DNA of 52,286 nucleotides, taken from sequence record DRR723986_19395, one strand, 5' to 3'. This document shows, in pieces, positions 41,473-50,658 of the stretch (position 1 is its first letter; each line of letters starts with the position of its first letter). The notes beneath the pieces are model-generated. The model saw only the letters and a list, made by a program, of their open reading frames with translations, was not told the DNA's origin and searched no databases. The position numbers and the translations under genes are program-made.

Positions 41473-42840
41473 TTAGATTTTATTTGGTTCCGGGTGAATG
41501 TACCCATCTCTATAAGGTCTTCTCAAAAGTGCCGTGGCTTCTTCATCTCCTTCAACCTTCATCGTTTTAGGATTGTAGCGAAGTGGTCTTCCGTCTAGTT
41601 CCATAGACATATTTGCCAAAATGCAGGAAGCGGTAGAAATATGACCTTCCAAAACGTCTGCAACTGGCAAAGTGTCATTTTCTATGGCCTTAAGCCAGTC
41701 TCTCATTTGCTCACGCGTAGCAGGTGCAGCGTGAACTTCATTGTCTTTTTCGGTGACATCTTCTGGATATTGCTCCTTTTCCAATACCACCGGGTAATGG
41801 ATTTGCTCACCATTATTTCGCCCTTCCGGATAAAAATCCGCTCGCATAGGACTGCCAGCGAGCATTCCATTTTCCCCGTATATTTTAAAAGCCCAAGGAT
41901 AATCCTTATCCACTGGATTGCCCCAAGTTCTGTGCTGCCAGACTACATTCAATTCATCAAACTCAAAAAGCGCAGTTTGGGTATCTGAAATATTAGCCAC
42001 GCTATCTTTCTGCACATAGATCCCGCCCGTAGAAGTCACTTGTACAGGCCACCCCAAATCCAACATCCACCGAACTGTATCTAGCATGTGTACGCACATG
42101 TCGCCCACTATTCCGTTTCCATATTCCATAAATGCCCTCCAGCCACGATGCAAAATACCTCGATAAGGTAGCATTGGGGCTGGTCCGGCCCATAGGTCAT
42201 AATTCAGATTTTCAGGAACAGGCATCACGGGAGGATTGCTGTTGTTTCGCATATGATAATAGCAGCAAACCTCAGCATGGGAGATTTTTCCTAATTTTCC
42301 AGAGTCAATAATTTCTTTTTTCGCTTGTACCAAATGTGGGGTGCTTCTACGTTGAGTTCCAATTTGCACTTTGCGATCGTATTTTCTGGCTGCTGCCAAA
42401 ATCGCTTCTCCTTCAATTACATCCACTGAAATCGGTTTTTGTAAATAAACATGAGCTCCGCTTTTCAATGCAGCTATTGCAATCAATGCATGCCAGTGAT
42501 CCGGCGTACCGACAAGGACATATTCTGGTTTTTCTTTGGATAGAAGCTCCTTATAATCCTCGTAAAGAGGCGGGACTTTACCAGACTTTTGTCTGGTGGA
42601 TACTAATTTTCCAGCTTCGGCCAGTTGCTTGCTATCCACATCACATAGGCCTACTACTTCCACGTCTGCTACTTGAATCAATCGGAAAAGATCGGACTTT
42701 CCGTACCAGCCCGTACCGATCAAAGCAACTTGCAGGGGGCCTTCGCGGTCTTTAAAGTCCATGCCAAGCAAGCCAAAACTTGCCAGCGACATCAAGGCAG
42801 TACTTCCTTTTAAAAATTCTCTTCGATTTAAGGGATTCAT
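41473..42840 (-). CDS. Tat-exported Gfo/Idh/MocA family oxidoreductase
   Basis: NRREFLK Tat motif, LIGTGWYG, GTPDHWH, YLQKP, GDMCVH. Confidence 0.9.
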   Translation of the reverse strand: MNPLNRREFLKGSTALMSLASFGLLGMDFKDREGPLQVALIGTGWYGKSDLFRLIQVADVEVVGLCDVDSKQLAEAGKLVSTRQKSGKVPPLYEDYKELLSKEKPEYVLVGTPDHWHALIAIAALKSGAHVYLQKPISVDVIEGEAILAAARKYDRKVQIGTQRRSTPHLVQAKKEIIDSGKLGKISHAEVCCYYHMRNNSNPPVMPVPENLNYDLWAGPAPMLPYRGILHRGWRAFMEYGNGIVGDMCVHMLDTVRWMLDLGWPVQVTSTGGIYVQKDSVANISDTQTALFEFDELNVVWQHRTWGNPVDKDYPWAFKIYGENGMLAGSPMRADFYPEGRNNGEQIHYPVVLEKEQYPEDVTEKDNEVHAAPATREQMRDWLKAIENDTLPVADVLEGHISTASCILANMSMELDGRPLRYNPKTMKVEGDEEATALLRRPYRDGYIHPEPNKI

Positions 42841-43016
42841 AGGTTATGGGTTTGAGTTAAAAGCGCTTCAAATTACAAAAAGATAGAACATTGGCAAGTG
42901 ATTTCCTGTTGACTGGCATTTGTCCATGAAGGGTGATTTTCAACAGACATTGACGCGCTTCTACTGCGAAAAAGCTATCTTAGTTTTTACTTTTCTCTAC
43001 TTAAACTTTTGATACC

Positions 43017-43499
43017 ATGGGACTTGAAAATCAGATTTCTGTGCGGATATCCGACGAGGATATGATTCTTTTGAATGAATACCTGAGCAAATCCACCGAG
43101 ATTTTGCATAAGTACACCGTGGAGATGTCTGCCAAAGACAGGCAGCGCAAGGACAAATTCGGAGATAAAGCGTCTTTATATGTGAGCAAATGCATCGCTT
43201 TTGCAAAGACGAACCCTGAATTTATCCCGGGCTTTATGGAGTTGGAAGAATTGGAAAAAGACTATGATCTGACCAAGCAAATGCGTTCGCTCATCATTAA
43301 AGTCATGCAAATCCGTGATTCGCTGACTGCTACCCGTGCACTTGCAGGCTTTGAAGCCAATCGTCAGGGAAATCTGTATTATAAAACAGTCAAATCGGCC
43401 ATGAAAATGGGCATCACCAATGCGATTACGATCTATAATGAGCTGAAATTTCGCTTTGCTGGTATGGGAAAAAGACCTAAAGCGAAGCCTCAGGACTAG
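43017..43499 (+). CDS. Conserved hypothetical 160-aa predicted all-helical protein
   Basis: KFGDK..YV.K...A..NPEFIP....EE...DY, AG.EA......YY..VK.A.K, A..IY.ELK.RF pattern, which I recall from an uncharacterised family in Bacteroidota and cyanobacteria; basic C-terminal tail. Confidence 0.8.
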   Translation: MGLENQISVRISDEDMILLNEYLSKSTEILHKYTVEMSAKDRQRKDKFGDKASLYVSKCIAFAKTNPEFIPGFMELEELEKDYDLTKQMRSLIIKVMQIRDSLTATRALAGFEANRQGNLYYKTVKSAMKMGITNAITIYNELKFRFAGMGKRPKAKPQD

Positions 43500-43521
43500 A
43501 TAACGCAGCTTTCATTGGAAG

Positions 43522-44061
43522 TTTGCTTCTATTGGGAAATAATCACTCGTAGTTCTTCTCCATTTTTAAGGTAAAAAAAATACCTGGAGAATTCCATAGC
43601 TGAGTTCAGTCTGCTTTTTCTACAAACAAGTCTGTGAAAAATTGTGTCATTTCTAGTAGAAATATACCCAGTCAACTTATGCAGTTAACTTTTCTACTTT
43701 CTAAGTTGGTTATTCTACTCCTAAAGTAGGATAGATCTCCAAAATGCACTGAAGACTAGCCTTTTTTGATAGTTAGTTCTATTCTGAGGAGACCGAGTTA
43801 ACTAATTGACTTGAATAAGCTACTTAATAGGTTCAATAATCAACTTATTAACTTGAATAACTGACTTATCAAGTTGATAGACTGGGTAAAATATATAACT
43901 GGTTATACTTTGGGAGGAATATACTGAGAAAAAACACTAAATGGGCTCACAAAATGGCAGGAATTGGCAATTACTCGAACAACGTATTGTGTCGATCTAA
44001 GCGCTGGCATGGTAAAAAGATGTGATTTCTGTACTTGGAAGTGACGTGATTTAGGAGCGAG
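43522..44061 (+). ncRNA. Candidate long rod-like structured RNA downstream of the 160-aa gene
   Basis: At least 10 nested complementary segment pairs across the spacer; several need G-U pairs that form only on the + strand; no ORF of 60 aa or more in the track. Confidence 0.45.
43802..43885 (+). repeat. Four degenerate 21-nt tandem repeats
   Basis: CTAATTGACTTGAATAAGCTA / CTTAATAGGTTCAATAATCAA / CTTATTAACTTGAATAACTGA / CTTATCAAGTTGATAGACTGG. Confidence 0.6.
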
Positions 44062-44075
44062 GGGTGTAGGGCCGG

Positions 44076-44537
44076 CTATTTGGCTACCCAGTCCAGTTGT
44101 CGGCCTTCTTCATTGGCTTGTTTATCCTTTGATGAACCTACAGCTATGCCAATGGCCATTCCTATTGGTAGTCCGATTCCCAAAAAAGCTAGATTTCCAA
44201 GGGAAATGCCAAATACCACTCCTAGCGGGATCCCGAAAGTAGCCATTCCAAGAACAAGCCATTGGAGTTGATAGTGATTTTGCGGGACAAGCTTGAGTTC
44301 TTGATCTAGTAGTTTGATGATACCTGCTTGTGCGGCTTTTAGTTGCTTCAGCAATTCTGGATCTGGACCTGGGAAATTATTTACTCCCGAAACAATCTCG
44401 TTTATTTTCTGCTCTTGCTCATCAGGAATAGACTTAAACTCAATAGCAGAAAGTAACGTGCTCAGATTATTGGCTGCTTTGGCAAGCTTAGGGTTTTCTT
44501 CGAAAGAAGGGCGGTGAGTTAATTCAGAAAGGGGCAT
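44076..44537 (-). CDS. Hypothetical membrane protein with C-terminal Gly-rich TM hairpin
   Basis: LVPQNHYQ..W..LGM..FGIPLG...GIGLPIGMAIG...DK.A..EGRQL. Confidence 0.75.
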   Translation of the reverse strand: MPLSELTHRPSFEENPKLAKAANNLSTLLSAIEFKSIPDEQEQKINEIVSGVNNFPGPDPELLKQLKAAQAGIIKLLDQELKLVPQNHYQLQWLVLGMATFGIPLGVVFGISLGNLAFLGIGLPIGMAIGIAVGSSKDKQANEEGRQLDWVAK

Positions 44538-44630
44538 GAGTTAAAGTTAAAAAAAGATATTTTAAAAAACCGTATGTATATCACTCCCTATCTCCAATCT
44601 CTTTTCACGTAATTTCTACAGACTTAAAAC

Positions 44631-44658
44631 ATCGGTCACCCAACACCCAACACCCCAC
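44631..44658 (-). repeat. Four tandem heptamers (GTGGGGT GTTGGGT GTTGGGT GACCGAT)
   Basis: Starts 5 nt after the stop of the Ldh-family gene. Confidence 0.65.
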
Positions 44659-44662
44659 ATCC

Positions 44663-45733
44663 TCAAAACTTCACACCAAATCGCTCTCCCAATTCAGTCA
44701 AATCCTTTACCACAGGATCAAGCAAAGGAATTCCATCTTTCATACGAATAGCTTCTAATTCCCGCTCGGGATCACCTGGGATCAATACCTTCTCATTGCC
44801 AGGTGTAGGTTTAGCCGCTCTGAATCTAGTGATCCAATTATCCATGTGAGCCTTGAATTCATCTGCTGGACGGAATGCATCTACGCGCATTGCACCGAAG
44901 AAATGGCCGATTCCTTCTCCAACTGGATTAGGATCTGGCTCGAGGAATGCCACAAAAGGTGGAACCCAAGGACCGTAATTAGCACCTGAAAGTACTGCCG
45001 AGAAAATGTCCACAACTGACCCTAATGCATAACCTTTATGAGAACCATGTTCTCGATCTCCTCCAAGAGGTAGTAATGCTCCACCGTCTTTTACACCATT
45101 GGCGGAAGTAGTTGGATTTCCTTCTTTGTCTTGAACCCAGCCAGTTGGTGTATCCATTCCTTTTCTTTGAAGGATTTCTAATTTACCGTTCGCAGCAGTT
45201 GTCGTAGCCAAATCTGCCACAAAAGGAGGTTGGTCTTTTGCAGGGATTGCAACAGCGATTGGATTTGTGCCTAGAAGTCTCTCCTGAGAAAAAGTCGGAG
45301 CGACCAGTGGACTGGCATTTGTCAGAGAAATCCCAATCATGTCATGATCCAAAGCCTGCATAGCATGGTAACCTGCGATGCCGTAATGATTTGAATTCTT
45401 CACAGAGACCCAACCTGTGCCGGCAATCTTAGCTTTTTCAATAGCAACTTTCATTGCAAATGGAGCTACAACCAAGCCCAATCCACCGTCTCCATCAACG
45501 ACAGCAGTGGAAGGTGTTTCGTGAACGACACGCACATTTGGCGTAGCATTTATCCTTCCTTTCTCCCACAAACGCACATATCCGGAAAGTCTAGCTACCC
45601 CATGACTATCCACTCCACGAAGATCTGCAGACAGTAATACATCCGCTGCAGTTTTAGCTTGGTTTTCCGGACAGCCGATTTTAGTAAGCATGCCTAGCGT
45701 AAAAGCGTGAAGTTGTTCGAAGGAATAGGTCAT
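44663..45733 (-). CDS. Ldh_2 family (type 2 malate/L-lactate dehydrogenase-like) oxidoreductase
   Basis: ADLRGVDSHG, NSNHYG, LGTNPIA, HKGY, IPGD. Confidence 0.9.
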   Translation of the reverse strand: MTYSFEQLHAFTLGMLTKIGCPENQAKTAADVLLSADLRGVDSHGVARLSGYVRLWEKGRINATPNVRVVHETPSTAVVDGDGGLGLVVAPFAMKVAIEKAKIAGTGWVSVKNSNHYGIAGYHAMQALDHDMIGISLTNASPLVAPTFSQERLLGTNPIAVAIPAKDQPPFVADLATTTAANGKLEILQRKGMDTPTGWVQDKEGNPTTSANGVKDGGALLPLGGDREHGSHKGYALGSVVDIFSAVLSGANYGPWVPPFVAFLEPDPNPVGEGIGHFFGAMRVDAFRPADEFKAHMDNWITRFRAAKPTPGNEKVLIPGDPERELEAIRMKDGIPLLDPVVKDLTELGERFGVKF

Positions 45734-45801
45734 AGGAATAGTGGATTAATCTGGTGAAAAACTACCAGCCAAATATAAGAAATGAAATTTTTTAGAAAGG
45801 C

Positions 45802-46746
45802 TTAAAGAGCTGTCTGCTCCGGAATAAGCAAGGAAGCGATTGCTCCTTCTTTCAATGCATAATGGGAGCAGGTGATGAAATCCACTTCAATATATCGCAA
45901 AATAAACTCGATCAAACTTGAAGCGACCACGATCATATCTACTCTCATTGGAATCATACCAGGAATCAGGAGGCGCTCTTCCTTGTTTTTACTCAAAATC
46001 ATACGATGAATCGCCTCGTATTCTTCTACGGGAAGCTCAAATACATGCCGTCCAGTGAGTTTGCACTGGAGCATGGATTCAAAGTAAATGTCTGTGAGGG
46101 TGTCAAAAGTGCCTGAAGCTCCTACTAGACCTGATGGTTTGTATTTTTTAATCGCTTGGATTAGTGGCTGAAGCTTTTCTTCCAAATAACTTTCCAGCTT
46201 ATCGATTTCTTCAGGTAAAATAGGGTCATGGTAGTGAAAAAGCTCCAACAGGCGCTGTCCACCGATTTCGAAACTTTGTTTCCAAAGTGATTCCTGACTG
46301 TTGCCTATGATGAATTCGACCGAACCACCACCAATATCCATCATTAGTTCGGTTTGCCCATTAAGAGATCCAGATAAACGAATACCCTGATAAATCATTT
46401 GGGCTTCTTCTTCGCCGGATAGTACTTGAATGTTTATACCAATGGTTTCTTTGACCGTTTGGACGAATTCAGGGCCATTTTTAGCATTACGTACAGCAGA
46501 GGTAGCAAAAGCAAAAACCTGATCTATGTTTTCACCATCGATCAGGTTTTTAAAATGTTTAAGCGTATGATATGCTCTTTTTAATGCATCTTCAGCAAGA
46601 TTATTTTGATTGATTCCGCCTTTTCCCAATTTGACAGGGATTTTCTCCTTGTAAATTGTTTTAAAAGTTACATCATCCAATTCTACCAATAACAAATGAA
46701 ATGTATTGGTGCCCATGTCAATTACCGCCGCCTTTCGGGTACTCAT
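45802..46746 (-). CDS. ppx: Ppx/GppA family exopolyphosphatase
   Basis: IDMGTNTFHL, ATSAVRNA, SGEEEA, DIGGGSVE, GASGT, ALKEG. Confidence 0.88.
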   Translation of the reverse strand: MSTRKAAVIDMGTNTFHLLLVELDDVTFKTIYKEKIPVKLGKGGINQNNLAEDALKRAYHTLKHFKNLIDGENIDQVFAFATSAVRNAKNGPEFVQTVKETIGINIQVLSGEEEAQMIYQGIRLSGSLNGQTELMMDIGGGSVEFIIGNSQESLWKQSFEIGGQRLLELFHYHDPILPEEIDKLESYLEEKLQPLIQAIKKYKPSGLVGASGTFDTLTDIYFESMLQCKLTGRHVFELPVEEYEAIHRMILSKNKEERLLIPGMIPMRVDMIVVASSLIEFILRYIEVDFITCSHYALKEGAIASLLIPEQTAL

Positions 46747-47018
46747 ACGCTGCCAATTTTTAAAGATGGGCGAATATAGAAAGTTATTTGAAATGAGGTC
46801 TTTCCATATAAATTTAATTGCCTGATTTTTTTCTAAACACTAGTTCATCACAGCACGCGCTGAGGTTTTACGGAGATGAACAGCGACAACTAGTAGCCTA
46901 CTGATGCTGTGCTGGCGAAAGCTTCCTTGGCTATGGATTTTTCCTAACAGCTTTTACTACTTTCTTTTTACAATAATTACATCTGGAAACAATCCTTTCC
47001 ATAGCTAACAAAGCCTGT

Positions 47019-47026
47019 TATATTTG
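47019..47026 (+). promoter_or_regulatory. -7 promoter box (TATATTTG) for the carboxylase gene
   Basis: Consensus match 21 nt before ATG 47048. Confidence 0.55.
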
Positions 47027-47047
47027 AGCAAGTCTAAAAACTATACT

Positions 47048-48631
47048 ATGAGCAATCAGGATAAACCCAATTATAATTTGCCCGGAAAGGAAGGAAAGAT
47101 AGAGCTGCTGAAGCAGAAAAATGCGGAAGCACTCCTTGGTGGAGGAGAAAAAAGAATAGCTTCTCAACACAAAAAAGGAAAACTCACTGCTCGTGAGCGT
47201 GTGGAGTTATTGTTGGATGAAGGTACTTTTCAGGAGATTGATAAATTCGTCATGCATCGGGCAAAGGATTTTGGCCTGGACAAAGAACATTACCTGGGTG
47301 ATGGTGTGATTACCGGGTACGGAGAAGTCAATGGGCGGTTAGTCTATGTATTTTCCCAGGATTTTACCGTTTTTGGAGGTTCTCTTTCCGAAACACATGC
47401 AGAGAAAATCTGCAAAATCATGGATATGGCTATGAAAAATGGTGCTCCTGTGATTGGATTGAATGATTCTGGGGGAGCTCGGATCCAAGAGGGGGTGAAT
47501 TCACTTGGGGGATATGCCGATATATTTTATAGAAATACACTTGCTTCTGGAGTTGTACCTCAGATCTCTGCGATCATGGGGCCATGTGCTGGTGGAGCAG
47601 TTTATTCCCCTGCGATTACTGACTTTATATTAATGGTGGAAAACACCTCCTATATGTTTGTGACTGGGCCAAATGTGGTTAAAACCGTCACTCAAGAAAA
47701 TGTAACTGCTGAGGAACTTGGCGGGGCTTCAGCTCACAGCACTAAAAGCGGTGTGACGCATTTTGCTTGTGCAAATGAGTTGGAATGTATCCAGCATATC
47801 AAAAAGATATTGAGCTATATGCCTCAGAACTGTGAGGAAATCGCTCCAGTTTATCCTTATGAACTTTTGGAGGATGAAAGCCGAAAGGAGCTTGATAGTT
47901 TGATTCCAGATAACCCAAATCAGCCGTACGATATTCGTGATGCTGTTAAAGGAATCGTAGATGAGGATTCATTTTTAGAGGTTCATGAAAACTTTGCTGA
48001 CAATATTGTTGTTGGTTACGCCAGAATTGCGGGTAGAAGTATTGGTATTGTCGGAAATCAACCTCAGTCTATGGCTGGAGTTTTGGATAATGATGCTTCT
48101 GTAAAAGCTGCTCGCTTCGTAAGAACTTGCGACAGTTTCAATGTCCCACTTTTGGTCTTGGTAGATGTGCCTGGATTTTTGCCTGGCACAGATCAAGAAT
48201 GGAATGGGATAATTGTGAATGGAGCCAAATTGCTGTATGCTTTCTCAGAAGCAACTGTTCCTAGAATTACGGTCATTACCAGAAAAGCATACGGGGGCGC
48301 ATATGATGTAATGAATTCTAAACACATTGGTGCAGATTTGAACTTTGCTTGGCCTACTGCAGAGATCGCTGTAATGGGAGCAAAGGGAGCTTCGGAGATT
48401 ATTTTTAAAAAAGAGATCGCAGAAGCCGAAGATCCCGAAGCTAAGCTGCAGGAAAAAGTAGATGAGTACACGGATAAGTTTGCCAACCCATATCGGGCTG
48501 CACATCGAGGATTTATTGATGAAGTGATCATGCCTTCGGAAACTAGGGTCAAACTAATCAAAGCCTTCAAAATGCTTGAAAACAAAGTCGATAAAATCCC
48601 GAGGAAGAAGCACGGGAACATTCCACTTTAA
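47048..48631 (+). CDS. pccB: Acyl-CoA (propionyl-CoA) carboxylase beta / carboxyltransferase subunit
   Basis: [52 protein letters not shown]. Confidence 0.9.
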   Translation: MSNQDKPNYNLPGKEGKIELLKQKNAEALLGGGEKRIASQHKKGKLTARERVELLLDEGTFQEIDKFVMHRAKDFGLDKEHYLGDGVITGYGEVNGRLVYVFSQDFTVFGGSLSETHAEKICKIMDMAMKNGAPVIGLNDSGGARIQEGVNSLGGYADIFYRNTLASGVVPQISAIMGPCAGGAVYSPAITDFILMVENTSYMFVTGPNVVKTVTQENVTAEELGGASAHSTKSGVTHFACANELECIQHIKKILSYMPQNCEEIAPVYPYELLEDESRKELDSLIPDNPNQPYDIRDAVKGIVDEDSFLEVHENFADNIVVGYARIAGRSIGIVGNQPQSMAGVLDNDASVKAARFVRTCDSFNVPLLVLVDVPGFLPGTDQEWNGIIVNGAKLLYAFSEATVPRITVITRKAYGGAYDVMNSKHIGADLNFAWPTAEIAVMGAKGASEIIFKKEIAEAEDPEAKLQEKVDEYTDKFANPYRAAHRGFIDEVIMPSETRVKLIKAFKMLENKVDKIPRKKHGNIPL

Positions 48632-48666
48632 TAAATTCAATTATCAATTTTCAAATACAATTTTCA

Positions 48667-49731
48667 ATGGATTCGAATACCTTTTTATATAAGTATCTCA
48701 ACAACGCTTCCCCAACGGGCTTTGAAGCTTCAGGTCAGCAGATTTGGTTGGATTACATCAAGCCTTTTGCGGATGATTATTTCACAGATAATTATGGAAC
48801 TGCTGTTGCGGTGATCAACCCAGAGGCAGAATATAAGGTCGTGATTGAAGCGCATGCGGATGAGATTAGCTGGTTCGTTAACTACATTAAAGATGACGGC
48901 TATATCTATGTCCGTCGCAATGGAGGCTCCGATCATATGATCGCTCCATCCATGCGGGTAAATATTCATACAGATAAAGGTGTGCTTCCTGGAGTATTTG
49001 GCTGGCCGGCGATCCATGTGAGAAAAGACGGAAAAGAAGATGCGCCGACATTAGATAATATCTTCATCGATGTAGGAGCAAGATCAAAGGATGAAGTAGA
49101 GGAAATGGGAATTCATGTAGGATGTGTGATCACCTTCAAAGATGAGTTGACTGAATTGAATGGCAAATACTACTCTGGCCGAGCTTTGGATAACAGAATC
49201 GGCGGATACATGATCGCCCAAGTTGCCAAGAGAATCAAAGAGAATAACATAGAATTACCTTTTGGGCTCTATATAGTAAATGCCGTACAAGAGGAAATTG
49301 GTCTTCGTGGCGCTCAAATGATCGCTGCCAAAATCAAGCCTAATGCTGCAATTATTACGGACGTTTGTCATGATACCACAGCGCCTCTATATAATAAGGT
49401 GACAAGTGGAGATTTCACTGCAGGCAAAGGGCCAGTTTTGCCAGTGGGCGCTTCGGTGCACAAGAAGTTATTGGATCTGATTATTGCGACAGCGAAAAAG
49501 AATGATATTCCATTTCAAAGAGCTGCAGCCTCACGAGGTACTGGCACAGATACCGATGCTTTTGCTTATTCAAATGAAGGAGTGCCATCGGCATTGATTT
49601 CACTTCCTTTGAAATACATGCATACCACCGTAGAAACTGCCAGTAAAGATGACATCGAGCAGGTGATCAACTTGATGTATGAGTTCTTAGTGGATTTTGA
49701 TCCTACATTTGATTTTAGATATATAAAATAA
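48667..49731 (+). CDS. M42 family metallopeptidase
   Basis: SPTGFE, AHADEI, ALDNRIG, VQEEIGLRGA, GTDTDA, YMHT. Confidence 0.9.
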   Translation: MDSNTFLYKYLNNASPTGFEASGQQIWLDYIKPFADDYFTDNYGTAVAVINPEAEYKVVIEAHADEISWFVNYIKDDGYIYVRRNGGSDHMIAPSMRVNIHTDKGVLPGVFGWPAIHVRKDGKEDAPTLDNIFIDVGARSKDEVEEMGIHVGCVITFKDELTELNGKYYSGRALDNRIGGYMIAQVAKRIKENNIELPFGLYIVNAVQEEIGLRGAQMIAAKIKPNAAIITDVCHDTTAPLYNKVTSGDFTAGKGPVLPVGASVHKKLLDLIIATAKKNDIPFQRAAASRGTGTDTDAFAYSNEGVPSALISLPLKYMHTTVETASKDDIEQVINLMYEFLVDFDPTFDFRYIK

Positions 49732-49737
49732 GTACGG

Positions 49738-49768
49738 AGTCCACAGCTAAAAACCTGTGGACTTTTTT
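49738..49768 (+). terminator. Intrinsic terminator after the M42 peptidase
   Basis: AGTCCACAG-CTAAAAAC-CTGTGGAC+T6. Confidence 0.75.
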
Positions 49769-49776
49769 GCTTTTAC

Positions 49777-50535
49777 ATGGAATACCTAGATCAACTTAAG
49801 CGAAGAATAGCACTTCCTTCAACTCCTCAACGGATCATTTCACTCGTTCCATCTCAGACTGAACTGTTGGTTGATTTGGGTTTGGAGGAGAGAATTGTAG
49901 GTGTGACCAAGTTTTGTGTTCATCCGCTTGAACTCAAAAATCGAAAAACAATAATCGGTGGAACAAAGGACTATCGAATGGATGTCATTGATTCTTTATA
50001 CCCGGATTTAATTATTGGTAATAAGGAGGAGAATGAGCAGGTAGGAATAGAAGAGCTAATGGGGAAGTACCCTGTTTGGATGAGTGATATCTATACGCTG
50101 GCTGATAGTTTGGAGATGATCGAGGTTTTGGGAGAAATGCTAGATGCGGAAGAGAAAGCTGAAGCAATCATTAAGCAATTGAACTCAGACTTTGAAATAC
50201 CATTGCATAGGAAAGGCTCTGCCATTTATTTGATTTGGAAGAATCCAATAATGGTAGTAGGAACTAATACCTTTATAAATGAGATGTTGGATTTTGCTGG
50301 GTATGAGAATTTAATTCAGACTGCGCGATATCCAGAGCTATCTGAGAAGGAACTGGTTGAATTGAATCCTGAAAACCTATTGCTTAGTTCGGAGCCTTTT
50401 CCATTTAAAGAAAGTCATATCGAGTTCTACCAATCCTTGTTGCCGAAAGCTAAAATTAGAATAGTAGATGGGGAGATGTTCTCTTGGTATGGTAGTAGGC
50501 TTTTGAAAGCTAAATCCTATTTCGAGAATTTTTGA
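49777..50535 (+). CDS. Helical-backbone metal receptor (BtuF/TroA-like substrate-binding protein)
   Basis: PQRIISLVPSQTELL, VGVTKFC.HP, GGTK, PDLII.NKEEN, LSSEPFPF, DGEMFSWYGSR. Confidence 0.85.
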   Translation: MEYLDQLKRRIALPSTPQRIISLVPSQTELLVDLGLEERIVGVTKFCVHPLELKNRKTIIGGTKDYRMDVIDSLYPDLIIGNKEENEQVGIEELMGKYPVWMSDIYTLADSLEMIEVLGEMLDAEEKAEAIIKQLNSDFEIPLHRKGSAIYLIWKNPIMVVGTNTFINEMLDFAGYENLIQTARYPELSEKELVELNPENLLLSSEPFPFKESHIEFYQSLLPKAKIRIVDGEMFSWYGSRLLKAKSYFENF

Positions 50536-50658
50536 AATTAGTAAAAAGAGTAGGAGGTTCCTCCTTATACCGCTCATGAAAAAATTCATTTACCCGAAGG
50601 ACTTTATTAAAAAAATCAATTAACTTTTGACTTTAATTAGTTTGTAATTAATCGTACT

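Noticed and set aside
43802-43885. CRISPR or TIGR-like array
   Set aside because: Units are contiguous and degenerate with no constant repeat/unique spacer layout; no cas or Nop-domain gene recognised nearby.
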